DNA of 64,000 bases from Macrostomum lignano (Eukaryota): the NCBI GenBank assembly GCA_002269645.1, contig NIVC01002444.1:62001-126000 (forward strand), read 5' to 3'. The position numbers were made by a program, and so were the translations under genes. Below the pieces are notes generated by a model, which searched no databases, had not been told where the DNA came from, and was given only the letters and a program-made list of their open reading frames with translations. Shown here one piece after another: positions 1-13,054 of the stretch (position 1 is the first letter of the stretch; every line of letters starts with the position of its first letter).

Positions 1-647
1 CATCGTTATTTAAAATCGACCACCGCTCAAAATGAGCGAGAACTTGACCTTGACCGAAGCATTCACCGTATCGTATAATATACAGAGTATTTTAGCCTTT
101 AAGCAGAACTTCTAGAACTAATCAATTAGTGCTATGCAATAAATTTGAAAGTCATAATCATTTTTGCCGCTAAATCTTTCAAGCTATAGTTTACGTAACT
201 TTGTTATATAATGTACCAAATTTATTGCCTTGCGCACAATTTTACTATGATTTGTTAAATTTAACTGGACTCGCGGTCTTCAAGTGCCTAATAACACATT
301 GCAATTGCAGAGCAGAACCGAATTTCTGTTTCCAATTCTTTTTTTACATTATTATATCGATGCCAAACAGGTTTTATTAATAAGCTACTTCATTTTTACT
401 TGCAATTTCTTAACTAGCAATTGAGTTTTACAGACTGTCAAATTGCAGCATAAATTTGTATATCGATAATAACTTACAATTAATAAATATTTCCATTTGA
501 TTTTAGCCTAACTAATTTTGTCTTTTTCTTTAAATTTATTTTATTTCCCAATCAGATTGTAAAGTAAAATTAGGATACTTTCAGGCTTTCGGGACTACTG
601 AAAGTAGTCAGTTAGTAGTAGCTACTACTGAAATATTGAAGCTGCAG

Positions 648-1435
648 CCCACAGTACTTGAGCTGCACCACACAGTACTTGATCTATACCCCACAGTACT
701 TGATCTATACCCCACATTACTTGATCTATACCCCACATTACTTGATCTATACCCCACATTACTTGATCTATACCCCACATTACTTGACCTATACCCCACA
801 TTACTTGATCTATACCCCACAGTACTTGATCTATACCCCACATTACTTGATCTATACCCCACAGTACTTGATCTATACCCCACATTACTTGATCTATACC
901 ACACAGTACTTGATCTATACCCCACATTACTTGATCTATACCCCACAGTACTTGATCTATACCCCACAGTACTTGATCTATACCCCACAGTACTTGATCT
1001 ATACCCCACATTACTTGATCTAAACCCCACATTACTTGATCTATACCCCACAGTACTTGATCTATACCCCACATTACTTGATCTATACCCCACAGTACTT
1101 GATCTATACCCCACATTACTTGATCTATACCACACAGTACTTGATCTATACCCCACATTACTTGATCTATACCCCACAGTACTTGATCTATACCCCACAT
1201 TACTTGATCTATACCCCACATTACTTGATCTATACCCCACATTACTTGATCTATACCCCACATTACTTGATCTATACCCCACAGTACTTGATCTATACCC
1301 CACAGTACTTGATCTATACCCCACAGTACTTGATCTATACCCCACAGTACTTGATCTATACCCCACAGTACTTGATCTATACCCCACAGTACTTGATCTA
1401 TACCCCACAGTACTTGATCTATACCCCACAGTACT
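648..1435. repeat. 21-bp minisatellite (cttgatctataccccacagta)
   Basis: About 37 tandem units visible. Confidence 0.95.
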
Positions 1436-1534
1436 CAATCACTTCCGCAGACAGGCCGTCACTACTCCTGAGCGCCCACTACGCAGTGACAGATTGCAGA
1501 TTAGCAAATCAAATTAGTATCGCTGAGGGCTATC

Positions 1535-1631
1535 ATGACAGACAGCGGTGCCGGCAGCTTTTTCAGCTCAGTACCGCAGAGTTCTTCATCTGCTGCTCGA
1601 TATGGTTTTGATGATATACTTACTGAGGACG
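1535..1631 (+). CDS. Candidate first coding exon (MTDSGAGSFFSS...ILTED), phase-compatible with SVOP exon at 6395
   Basis: Acceptor ttccgcag at 1450, in-frame stop upstream of the ATG, strong phase-1 donor G|gtgagt at 1631/1632. Confidence 0.45.
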
Positions 1632-1919
1632 GTGAGTTAACAGTAAATTGTATCTCTTACCAGTAAGGTCTTACTTGTACATTCATTCTTAGATAGTGCC
1701 ATTGATTGTCTACCAATTAATTTCTATACCATCAATTGCAGCCGACCCTGATTTTCAGCGCCAGCCAAGAGTAGGATTTTTACGACCAAGTGTGTGTCGA
1801 ATTGCTATCCAAAATGTTCATCCATTTTTTTGCGAACTAGTGGTTCAATTAGACTGCCTGCTATTTTGCTTTTTTGCTGTTGCTGACTTACCGGATGGGG
1901 ATAGACTTTGGTGTAGTGC

Positions 1920-3442
1920 GTAGCTAGCGGCTCCCCGCTGAGGGTCTGGAGGGTAGCTAGCGGCTTCCATGAGGGTCTGGAGGGTGGCTAGCGGCTCCCC
2001 GCTGAGGGTCTGGAGGGTAGCTAGCGCTTCCAGCTAAGGGTCTGGAGGGTAGCTAGCGGCTCCAGCTGAGGGTCTGGAGGGTAGCTAGCGGCTTCCATGA
2101 GGGTCTGGAGGGTGGCTAGCGGCTTCCATGAGTTTCTGGAGGGTGGCTAGCGGCTTCCATGAGGATCTGGAGGGTAGCTAGCGGCTCCAGCTGAGGGTCT
2201 GGAGGGTAGCTAGCGCTTCCAGCTAAGAGTCTGGAGGGTAGCTAGCGGCTCCAGCTGAGGGTCTGGAGGGTGGCTAGCGGCTTCCATGAGGGTCTGGAGG
2301 GTGGCTAGCGGCTTCCATGAGGATCTGGAGGGTAGCTAGCGGCTCCCCGCTGAGGGTCTGGAGGGTAGCTAGCGCTTCCAGCTAAGGGTCTGGAGGGTAG
2401 CTAGCGGCTCCAGCTGAGGGTCTGGAGGGTGGCTAACGGCTCCCATGAGGGTCTGGAGGGTAGCTAGCGGCTCTAGCTGAGGGTCTGGAGGATAGCTAGC
2501 GGCTCCAGCTGAGGGTCTGGAGGGTAGCTAGCGGTTCCAGCTGAGGGTCTGGAGGATCGCTAGCGGCTCCAGCTGAGGGTCTGGAGGGTAGCTATCTGTT
2601 CCAGCTGAGGGTCTGGAGGGTAGCTAGCGGTTCCAGCTGAAGGTCTGGAGGGTAGCTAGCGGCTCCAGCTGAGCGTCTGGAGGGTAGCTAACGGCTCCCA
2701 TGAGGGTCTGGAGGGTAGCTAGCGCTTCCAGCTAAGGGTCTGGAGGGTAGCTAGCGCTTCCAGCTAAGGGTCTGGAGGGTAGCTAGCGCTTCCAGCTAAG
2801 GGTCTGGAGGGTAGCTAGCGGCTCCAGCTGAGGGTCTGGAGGGTAGCTAACGGCTCCCATGAGGGTCTGGAGGGTAGCTAGCGGCTACCATGACGGTCTG
2901 GAGGGTGGCTAGCGGCTCCCCGCTGAGGGTCTGGAGGGTAGCTAGCGGCTCCAGCTGAGGGTCTGGAGGGTAGCTAGCGCTTCCAGCTAAGAGTCTGGAG
3001 GGTGGCTAGCGGCTCCCCGCTGAGGGTCTGGAGGGTAGCTAGCGGCTCCAGCTGAGGGTCTGGAGGGTAGCTAACGGCTCCCATGAGGGTCTGGAGGGTA
3101 GCTAGCGGCTACCATGAGGGTCTGGAGGGTAGCTAGCGGCTCCCCGCTGAGAGTCTGGAGGGTGGCTAGCGGCTCCCCGCTGAGAGTCTGGAGGGTGGCT
3201 AGCGGCTCCCCGCTGAGAGTCTGGAGGGTGGCTAGCGGCTCCCCGCTGAGAGTCTGGAGGGTGGCTAGCGGCTCCCCGCTGAGGGTCTGGAGGGTAGCTA
3301 GCGCTTCCAGCTAAGGGTCTTGAGGATAGCTAGCGGCTCCAGCTGAGGGTCTGGAGGGTAGCTAGCGGCTCCAGCTGAGGGTCTGGAGGGTAGCTAGCGG
3401 TTCCAGCTGAGGGTCTGGAGGGTAGCTAGCGGTTCCAGCTGA
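1920..3442. repeat. ~31-33-bp minisatellite (gagggtctggagggtagctagcggctccagct)
   Basis: Tandem units with variant spacer. Confidence 0.95.
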
Positions 3443-4065
3443 AGAAGCAGAAACCAGGCAATAAAACTATAAACAAGATTGGAAATTTGGGCCTATAAAC
3501 AGGATTCGCGTTTGGCTGACTGGCTGCTTGGCACAGTACGAGCGTATTAAGCTCATCAAAGCGCTCTGGGGGCAGCTAGATAAAGCATACAAATCCGTTC
3601 GGTTAGTTCCGCCAGCCAGAACTGTAGCTCTCAGGCAACAGCTGCACATATTTTTGCTTCCGTTTGACAGAAGGGAGAAAGAAAGCACTCAGGGAGAATA
3701 GCTCTCACCCGCGCTGTGCGACCCGCCTTCTTATTGTGTAGTACGATCGTAGGTAAAAATCATTTTTACTAGTATGCCGAGTCGGCATAGAAGCAGTGTT
3801 GTTTGCCAAAACCAAAATGTACTTTGCTTATGCGGAGTAGTCACTCTCCAGTTTTTTGCCAATCTCTTCTTTTTTGCAGCAAGAGCAGAGGTCTCGGCTC
3901 TAACTAATTGATTTATACGCTCGTAATGACTTTTGCTGTTTGGAAAATTATCAATTTGAGGAAGGCTGTGCTTTGCTTATTTCGGTGTTTTTTGTTTACT
4001 CAGAATTGTTGTTACTCTATGGGCCTGTTTATGGTTGCTGTGCCGATTTCCTTAACTGGCTCTCT

Positions 4066-4520
4066 GTGCTCACCTGTCTCAGTCTCTCCCCTGTCTCTCT
4101 ACCTGTCTCTCTAACTGTCTCCCTACCTGTCTCTCCCCTGTCTCTCTTCCTGTCTCTCTACCTGTCTCTTTACCAGTCTCTCCCCTGTCTCTCTTCCTGT
4201 CTCTCCCCTGTCTCCCTACCTGTCTCTCTACCAGTCTCTCTACCTATCTCCCTACCTGTCTCTACCTGTCTCTCTACCTGTCTCCCTACCTGTCTCTCTA
4301 CCTGTCTCCCTACCTGTCTCTCTACCTGTCTCTCTACCTGTCTCCCTACCTGTCTCTACCTGTCTCTCTACCTATCTCCCTACCTGTCTCTACCTGTCTC
4401 TCTACCTGTCTCTCTACCTGTCTCTCTTCCTGTCTCCCTACCTGTCTCCCTACCTGTCTCTCTACCTGTCTCCCTACCTGTCTCTCTACCTGTCTCTCTA
4501 TCTGTCTCTCTTCCTGTCTC
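4066..4520. repeat. ~12-bp pyrimidine-rich repeat (cctgtctctcta)
   Basis: Tandem units. Confidence 0.9.
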
Positions 4521-4827
4521 CCGTCTTTCCCAGATCCATCCAGCTGTCTCAGGATCTGCTACTACTGGTAGCTTTTTAAAACTAAAACTGCATAGACTCT
4601 AGATTACTCCAGATTAAAATTGGTCAACCGGATTGTTTATAGCGAAATTCTCTTCGATTTTCCAATGGCAACGATTGGCTCCAATCCTATTCTATTTATA
4701 GTTTCTGTAGCTACTAGATATAGCATGCACAATAGCAGATGGGCAACGACCGTTGCTCTCTATTAACTTTTGCCTGAAGTCAAAATTCCTGCAATTAATG
4801 CTCAATCTAAACTGATCGGCAGCCGCC

Positions 4828-4891
4828 ATGTCAGCTCAGAAGGCCAGCAACTATCGCTCTCTGGAGGAGTCTTCTCATCCCATTGGCAGCA
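4828..4891 (+). CDS. Alternative candidate first coding exon of SVOP-like gene (MSAQKASNYRSLEE...)
   Basis: Kozak-like gccgccATG, in-frame upstream stop, phase-1 donor A|gtgtgc (weak). Confidence 0.35.
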
Positions 4892-5196
4892 GTGTGCACC
4901 ATAGGCTAAGCAATAGTAATAATAAATATTGCTAGTTTTTCATAATTATCAAGCTTGTATTTTAAGTCCGCCAAAGTTTTTATGCAGTAGCCAATTTGTA
5001 TACTTACTATCAGCTGCTTTATTATGCAGCAATATTCTATTTATTAATTTCAATTCTATACCAGAGCTTCTGTGTTCTAGTTATTCCATTTTGAAATTTT
5101 ATCCAGTATGCTGGTGTTCAGCTTTTTATTGGCTTGTTTTGCTTACTTGGTAGCTGGTTTTTTATTTCAAGCAGAAATAATTAATTCCGATTTTGC

Positions 5197-6310
5197 CTGC
5201 CCCTCTCAACCCCAACCTGCCCCTCTGAACCCCACCCTGCCCCTCTCAACCCCACCCTGCCCCTCTGAACCCCACCCTGCCCCTCTGAACCCCACCCTGC
5301 CCCTCTCAACCCCACCCTGCCCCTCTCAACCCCACCCTGCCCCTCTCAACCCCACCCTGCCCCTCTCAACCCCACCCTGCCCCTCTCAACCCCACCCTGC
5401 CCCTCTCAACCCCACCCTGCCCCTCTGAACCCCACCCGGCCACTCTGAACCCCACCCTGCCCCTCTGAACCCCACCCTGCCCCTCTGAACCCCACCCTGC
5501 CCCTCTGAACCCCACCCTGCCCCTCTGAACCCCACCCTGCCCCTCTGAACCCCACCCTGCCCCTCTGAACCCCACCCTGCCCCTCTCAACCCCACCTTGC
5601 CCCTCTGAACCCCACCCTGCCCTCTGAACCCCACCCTGCCCCTCTCAACCCCACCCTGCCCTCTGAACCCCACCCTGCCCCTCTGAACCCCACCCTGCCC
5701 CTCTGAAACCCACCCTGCCCCTCTGAACCCCACACTGCCCCTCTCAACCCCACCCTGCCCCTCTCAACCCCACCCTGCCCCTCTCAACCCCACCTTGCCC
5801 CTCTGAACCCCACACTGCCCCTCTCAACCCCACCCGGCCCCTCTCAACCCCACCTTGCCCCTCTCAACTCCACCCTGCCCCTCTCAACCCCACCCTGCCC
5901 CTCTCAACCCCACCCTGCCCCTCTCAACCCCACACTGCCCCTCTCAATCCCAACTTGACCCTCTCAACCCCACCCTGCCCCTCTGAACCCCACCCTGCCC
6001 CTCTGGACCCCACCTTGCCCCTCTGGACCCCACCCTGCCCCTCTCAACCCCACCCGGCCCCTCTCAACCCCACCTTGCCCCTCTCAACTCCACCCTGCCC
6101 CTCTCAACCCCACCCTGCCCCTCTCAACCCCACCTTGCCCCTCTCAACCCCAACTTGACCCTCTCAACCCCACCCTGCCACTCTGAACCCCACCTTGCCC
6201 CTCTGAACCCCACCCTGCCCCTCTGGACCCCACCCTGCCCCTCTCAACCCCACCCTGCCCCTCTCAACCCCACCCTGCCCCTCTGGACCCCACCCTGCCC
6301 CTCTGGACCC
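5197..6310. repeat. 20-bp C-rich minisatellite (ccctctgaaccccaccctgc)
   Basis: Tandem units directly upstream of the SVOP acceptor. Confidence 0.95.
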
Positions 6311-6394
6311 CGCATGCCCCAGGCCTGTTTCACACTATCTTAATCCGGAGACAGTTTCTGACACTCCCGACTGATTTCCGTCGCCATCCCGCAG

Positions 6395-9300
6395 ATGCCC
6401 GCGGCCTGCTGAGCGATGCCGCCGATCGAGACATCGGCAGCGGAGCCGACAGTAAGGCGACGGCCTCGGCTAGCTCAGATTTTGATGGCATCGGCGACGG
6501 CGAGGAGACCTACACGGTGGAGCATGCAGTTGAGAAGCTGGGATTTGGTCGGTTCCAGCTACGGATTCTGTTCATTTGCGGCATCATGACGGTGAGAGCT
6601 TCGTTGAAAAATCAATATAGTTAGCGAAATCCCGCCCACACAGTCTAGCAAGAGAGCAGAAAGAATTTCCTATGTAGCTACACCGACCAGCTGCTCAAAC
6701 TGCAAAAGTAGCTCTCCTTACAGGACTCACTTTTTTCTGAATTGTTGCAGTTCGCGCACAGACCGTTCGCTTCTTCTACTGGGTATGAAAGTCTCGCGAT
6801 ATTTTAAAAGTTCTTGGCTCAAATTCCTAGTCGACCTCGCTTGCTGCGTCGTATTAGTTGTTAAATAACTGTCATGTGTTGCGAGTTTGCAAGAAATCTT
6901 CATAGTGATGCAATTTGTGTAGCCAGTGTTTCTAGTTACTTATATTCTAAGGCAAAATGTTTAATGCGCTGTGCTTTGAGCTACAGCCTTCAGATGCAAA
7001 TTTTGTAGATACAGATATAAAAGCCAGACACAGACAGTCTGTAGAGGTACATAACCCAGACACAGACAGTCTGTAGAGCTGCAGAACCCAGACACAGACA
7101 GTCTGTTGAGCTACAGAATCCAGACACAGACAGACAATCTGTAGAGCTACAGAACCCAGACACAAACAGTCTGTAGAGCTGCAGAACCCAGACACAGACA
7201 GACAATCTGTAGAGCTACAGAACCCAGATACAGACAGACAGTCTGTAGAGCTACAGAACCCAGATACAGACAGACAATCTGTAGAGCTACAGAACCCAGA
7301 CACAAACAGTCTGTAGAGCTGCAGAACCCAGACACAGACAGACAATCTGTAGAGCTACAGAACCCAGATACAGACAGACAGTCTGTAGAGCTACAGAACC
7401 CAGATACAGACAGACAATCTGTAGAGCTACAGAACCCAGATACAGACAGACAGTCTGTAGAGCTACAGAACCCAGATACAGACAGACAATCTGTAGAGCT
7501 ACAGAACCCAGATACAGACAGACAGTCTGTAGAGCTACAGAACCCAGATACAGACAGACAATCTGTAGAGCTACAGAACCCAGATACAGACAGACAGTCT
7601 GTAGAGCTACAGAAACCAGACACAGACAGTCTGTAGAGCTACAGAACCCAGACAGAGCCCAGACACACTGTCCGCACGCTATTCCCGCTCCGCGCAGGCC
7701 GCGGACGCCATGGAGATGCTGCTTCTCTCTGTACTGGGCCCGGCACTTCGCTGCGACTGGCAGCTCAGCTCCGCCCAGGTGGCCATCATCACCACGGTGG
7801 TGTTTGCGGGCATGTTCGGCGGCGCGCCCGCCTGGGGCGCCGTGTCGGACAAGCACGGCCGGAGAGGCGTGTTCGGCCTGAGCCTGAGCCTCATCGCCTA
7901 TTTCGGCCTGCTATGCTCATTCTCGCCAAGCTTTTTCTGGCTGGTGTCGCTCCGCGGCATGGTTGGATTCTGCATCAGCGGCGCCACCTCATCCTTCACG
8001 CTGCTGTCCGAGTACCTGCCTCAGACCTACAGGGCCAAAGTGCTCATAGCCTACAATGTGTTCTGGGGATTGGGAAGTTCGTTTGAAGTTCTTCTGGCCT
8101 ACATGGTGTTGCCTAACCTGGGATGGCGCTACCTGACTGCCTTCTCTGCCCTGCCGCTCTTCATCTTCATGCTGGCTCTGGGGGTGAGTTCTGTGTTATC
8201 GCCTCTGCAATCACCTCCATCAACTATCTTCCCTACAATCTCCTCCATCAAGAATTATCCCTACAGTCTCCTCCATCAAGAACTATCCCTACAGTCTCCT
8301 CCATCAAGAACTATCCATACAGTCTCCTCCATCAAGAACTATCCATACAGTCTCCTCCATCAAGAACTATCCCTACAATCTCCTCCATCAGGAATCGCCC
8401 CTACAATCTACATTGAGACTCTCCACAATAACCTTGGTGAATCTCCGCAATAACCTTGTAAAATCTCCCCAATAACCTTGAGGAATCTCCCCAATAACCT
8501 TAAGGAATCTCCCCAATAACCTTTTAAAATCTCCACAATAACCTTGGGAAATCTCCCCAATAACCTCGGGGAATCTCCCCAATACCTTGGGGAATCTCCC
8601 CAATAACCTTGGGGAATCTCCCTAATAACCTTAGTGAATTTCCTTAATAACCTTGGAGAATCTCCTCTTTAAATAGAAGAACTGTAAAATGCTACTATCT
8701 CATTGGCTCATTGCTGTTTAGTTCCTGCCTGAATCTGCCCGATACCTGCTGGCTTCCGGGCAGCCTAAGAAGGCGGCCGCTGTCATCGACCAGATTGCCA
8801 GAGACAATCGAAAGCCGCCAATGACTGGCCGGCCTGTGGCCGCCAGCGTCACGGAGGTGAGAATTTTTTTGCTGAAAACTGACATTTTCGTGGGTCTCTA
8901 GATCAGTCTAATTGAGAGGGTTGCCTAACTAAGAGGGTTGCCTAACTAAGAGGGTTGCCCAACTAAGAAGGTTGTCTAATTGAAAAGGTTGCTTGACTAA
9001 GAAGGTTGTCTAACTAAGTGGGTTGTCTAATTGAGAGGTTGCTTAACTAAGAAGGTTGTCTAGCTAAGTGGATTGCCTAATTGAGAGGGTTGCCTAACTA
9101 AGAGGGTTGCCCAACTAAGAAGGTTGTCTAATTGAAAAGGTTGCTTAACTAAGAAGGTTGTCTAGCTAAGTGGATTGCCTAATTGAGAAGGTTGTCTAAC
9201 TAAGTGGGTTGCCTAACCAAGTGGGTTGCCTAATTGAGAAGGTTGCCTAATCAAGTGGATTGCCTAATTGAGAGGGTTGTCTAACCAAGTGGGTTGCCTA

Positions 9301-11114
9301 ACTAAGAGGGTTGCCTAACTAAGAAGGTTGTCTAATTGAAAAGGTTGCTTAACTAAGAAGGTTGTCTAGCTAAGTGGATTGCCTAATTGAGAAGGTTGTC
9401 TAACTAAGTGGATTGCCTAATTGAGAGGGTTGTCTAACCAAGTGGGTTGCCTAATTGAGAGGGTTGCCTAACCAAGTGGGTTGTCTAATTGAAAGGGTTG
9501 TCTAACCAAGAAGGTTGTCTAATTGAGAAGGTTGCCAGACGAAGAGGGTTGCATAAGAGAGTTTCCAGACAAATTAAGAAAGTTCTCAAACTAAGTGAAC
9601 TGTCATTAACTATCTGAATTTAGATCTCTACATATAAAAATCAAAACTCTGTCTGTCTGTGTGTGTGTCTGTGTGTGGACAATTTTGATCGCTATGGACT
9701 CCCAAACCGCTCAACCAAATGACACCAAATTTGACACCCACCCTAAACTCACTACGGAGAATGTCTTAGGCTACCTTTAAATTTCCTAGACTCAAGTCTT
9801 CCTACCTAAAAGTGCAAAAAACTGCTCAAAATGCGCGATTTTTTCACTTAATCCTCCATAGCGCCGCTCCACTTCTACCGATTCTCTTCAAATTTGACAC
9901 ACATAATCTTTAACTATTTTGGCACAATCATGTAAAATTTCGAGTCTCAAAGTTAATCCTGAGCAGTGCTGTGCACTTTTAAAGTTAGGCTGTTTTTCTC
10001 AGCGTAGCAACCACCCCAACCTCCGCCCGCCTGCCTCTCTTTCCCGATCTGGGCCCAGATGTGTAAAAGGGTTTCAAAATTGACTAACTTTCAGCTGCCA
10101 TAAGTTTTCTCCACGTAAAGCGATTGACTTCAAACTTGACACAATTCTTCATTGACTCATTCTCTGTCTAAATGTAAAGTTTCAACTCTGTAACTCAACC
10201 GAAAAAGAAACTGTAAGCATGTGAAGTTTGTCTGCTTTTTCTGTTGTTTGTGCCACTCACTCACTCCACTCATTCCCCCAGAGCCAGACGAAGGGTCAGG
10301 CGATGGGACTGAATGTACATAGCAAATGTACAGTTTTTTGGAATAACTTTATTTATAACCTTCTCTGCACCCCGAGAGTGGAGAGGCTACGTTTAGCCAT
10401 AACAGTTTAGTGAGAAATTCTAACCACTGCCCTCCCCTCTGTATTGGCAAACTCTGCAGCAGTTTAACAGTAGAGATGAGAGAGCAGAGAGCTGCAGATG
10501 AGAGGAGAGAGGAGACAGCAGAGAGGAGAGCAGAGAGGAAAGAGGTGAAAGAGGTGAAAGAAGAGATGAGAGAGCAGAGAGCTGCAGATGAGAGGAGAGA
10601 GGAGACAGCAGAGAGGAGAGCAGAGAGGAAAGAGGTGAAAGAAGAGATGAGAGAGTAAAGGGAAGAGAGAAGAGATAAAGATACATCTCTACATCTCTAA
10701 GGTTGTAGAGATGAGAGAGGTGGAAGGAGAGATGAGAAATGAGAGATGAGAGATAACGGAGAGAGGAGAGTGGAGTGAGAGAAGAGAGGGAGACAGAGTA
10801 TAGAAAAGGGAAGAGAAGAGAAAAGAAGAAAGGAGAAAGGAAAGTGAGGAGTCAAAAGAGGGGAAAGAAAAGAGTACAGAGGAGAGAGGTGAGAGAACAA
10901 ATAAGACAGAGATGCCAGATTAAAGAGGGGGATGAGAGAGCAGAGACGAGAGTGAACAGATAAAAAATTGGAGAGTAGAGAGAACAGAGGAGAGGTTACA
11001 GAGACGAGAGGAGAGAGGAGAGACAAAGGTAGAGAAGTGAGTGAGGAGAGAGGAGAGAAAAGAGGAGAATGGAGAAGGAAGAGAGGAGGAGAGATAAGAG
11101 AGAGAAAGACAGAG

Positions 11115-11175
<61 letters not shown>

Positions 11176-11235
11176 AGGAGAGAGAGAGAGAGAAGGAGAG
11201 AGAGAGAGAGAGAAGGAGAGATAAGAGAGAAAGAC

Positions 11236-11319
<84 letters not shown>

Positions 11320-12971
11320 CAGAGAGAAATGAGAAGAGATAAGAGAGAAAAGATAAAAGAAGAGAAAGGAAAGATGAGAGAGCAAAGACGAGAGAATAGA
11401 GGTGAGGGAAGAGACGAGAGAAGAGGGGAGAGATGAGAGAGTAGAGTAGAGAGTTAAGAGAAGAGAGAAAAGAATAGAAAGGAGAAGGAAGATAAGAGAG
11501 AAGAGGGGGTGAGAGGAGAGGAGAGAGAAAAGAAGAGACAAGAGATGAGATAAGAGAGATGAAAGAGAAGAGAGATGAGGGAAGATACGAGAGAAGAGGG
11601 GAGAGAGGAGAGAGGAGAGACGAGGGACGAGAGAGATGAGAGGAAACAAAGAGACGATAGAAATTTTAAAGGATCCAAGGGACGTAGGGAGAGTCAGGGA
11701 GAGACCAGAGTTTAGCAATATATGTTTTAGAGTCAGACAGACATTGCCTGACATTCTGCGCAGTACCCCAGCCAACAATGTCAATGTTTGCCTCAAACCC
11801 TAATTTTACACGAATGTGCTCCATTTTATGTCTACCTCTATCCTACTAACTATTAACAAGTTTTTGTTTGTGTATGGCCTTAGATTTCAGAATACACGCA
11901 AAAGTAGTTCTGGGGATTGGAATTCCCCGGGTTCAAAATCCGCGGGTTTCAACAGCTTGTCTTTTATAAAAAAACGATTTAAAAAATATCCATCTAGCAA
12001 GCGACAATCTTTCCTTGTGCCTCTGCGTCCGAGGTTTCAGGCTGACCGGGGCACCCTGCTGTCGCTGTTCCACCCCAACTACAGGCGCACCACGCTCACC
12101 CTGTTCTTCATGTGGTTCGGCGTTGCCTTCCTGTACTATGGCATCGTGCTGATTAGCACAGAGATCTTTCAATTTCACAGCGACTGCTACGGTAGCTCCG
12201 AGGTCACCGTAGGTCACAACACCACGGAGATTGTCACTGACGAGTCCTGCTGTCGGAGTCTGCAGCCGGACGATTATAAGGCCATGCTAATCTCTTCGTT
12301 TGGCGAGTTCGTCATCATACCGTTTAATCTGATCACGATTGACGCCCTGGGCAGGCGTTGGACTATGGCTATTAATTATGGACTCACCAGCGTGTTCTTT
12401 GGCCTCACCTATATCTGCGTGCCCAAGGCTGTCACTACAGCTTTTCTGTTCATGATTCGGGCGCATGCGGCTGGCATATTCAATACCATCTATATTTATA
12501 CTGTGGAGGTGCGTTTTCACTGTTTTCTGCTGTCTGTGGCTGCCTGACGAATGGAAACTGCCGTGTCTGCGGGTGATGATCGGAAACTGCCATCTATGAT
12601 GCCTACTAAAAAGTCCAATCCAGTTCGCACCTGCTCAATCTCTCCGCCAGGTGTACCCAACCGTAGTGCGCAGTGTTGGCCTTGGCGTCTGCTCCTCGAT
12701 AGCTCGACTCGGCTCGATGTCGACTCCATTTGTAGCGCAGGTGCTGATGCCGGACGTCAGCGTCCTGCTAGCGTTCTGCGTCTACGTGACCGTTGCCGTG
12801 GCCTGCGCCGTCCTAGCCCTACTGCTGCCGATTGAAACACGCGGTCGCGCGATGCCGCAGGGCTTGGTGGAGGCAGACCCGGACATTGTGGCTTTCAGGG
12901 CCGACAGCGTCGATGGCGAGGGCAGGGGCGCCACGGCAGAGATTCGAATGCAGGGCCGCTCGGAGAACTGA
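6395..12971 (+). CDS. SVOP: Synaptic vesicle 2-related (SVOP-like) MFS transporter, multi-exon; first coding exon uncertain (1535..1631 or 4828..4891)
   Basis: Phase-consistent GT-AG exons 6395..6591, 7698..8183, 8722..8856, 12041..12508, 12651..12971. The joined translation has SVOP/MFS motifs YTVEHAVEKLGFGRFQ, ADAMEMLLLSVL, SDKHGRR, TLLSEYLP, LPESARYL, DALGRR, EVYPTVVRSVGLG and LLPIETRGR. Confidence 0.88.
7021..7660. repeat. ~30-34-bp minisatellite (cagacagacagtctgtagagctacagaaccca)
   Basis: Tandem units in SVOP intron. Confidence 0.92.
8212..8660. repeat. Two abutting arrays: ~25-bp ctccatcaagaactatccctacagt and ~21-22-bp ccccaataaccttggggaatct
   Basis: Tandem units in SVOP intron. Confidence 0.85.
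8905..9545. repeat. 17-bp minisatellite (gggttgcctaactaaga)
   Basis: Tandem variant units. Confidence 0.9.
9625..10410 (+). mobile_element. Non-autonomous Helitron in SVOP intron
   Basis: A|TC 5' end followed by tacatataaaaa and a (TG)n/ctgt tract; internal repeated aaatttgacac motifs; 3' hairpin GGCTA-cgtt-TAGCC (10385-10398) then TTAG|T, a variant of the canonical CTRR end. Confidence 0.6.
10470..11660. repeat. Purine-rich low-complexity tract with (GA)n microsatellite core at ~11120-11315
   Basis: Almost exclusively A/G on the + strand. Confidence 0.92.
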
Positions 12972-13054
12972 AGCTGCCTCGGAATCGTTTATTGAGTGCA
13001 ATCGGCAAATAGTTTAGCAATCATATTGATGAGTCAATCAGGTATCTTAGCCAA

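Noticed and set aside
608-1611. Long repetitive ORFs on both strands (STVGYRS, LDLYPT, YTPHYLI)
   Set aside because: Translations of the 21-bp intronic minisatellite; open in several frames and on both strands.
11816-12040. In-frame upstream extension of the SVOP exon (possible alternative acceptor at 11890)
   Set aside because: No similarity to MFS loops, AT-rich intron-like composition, and the acceptor at 12040 restores the normal SVOP alignment.
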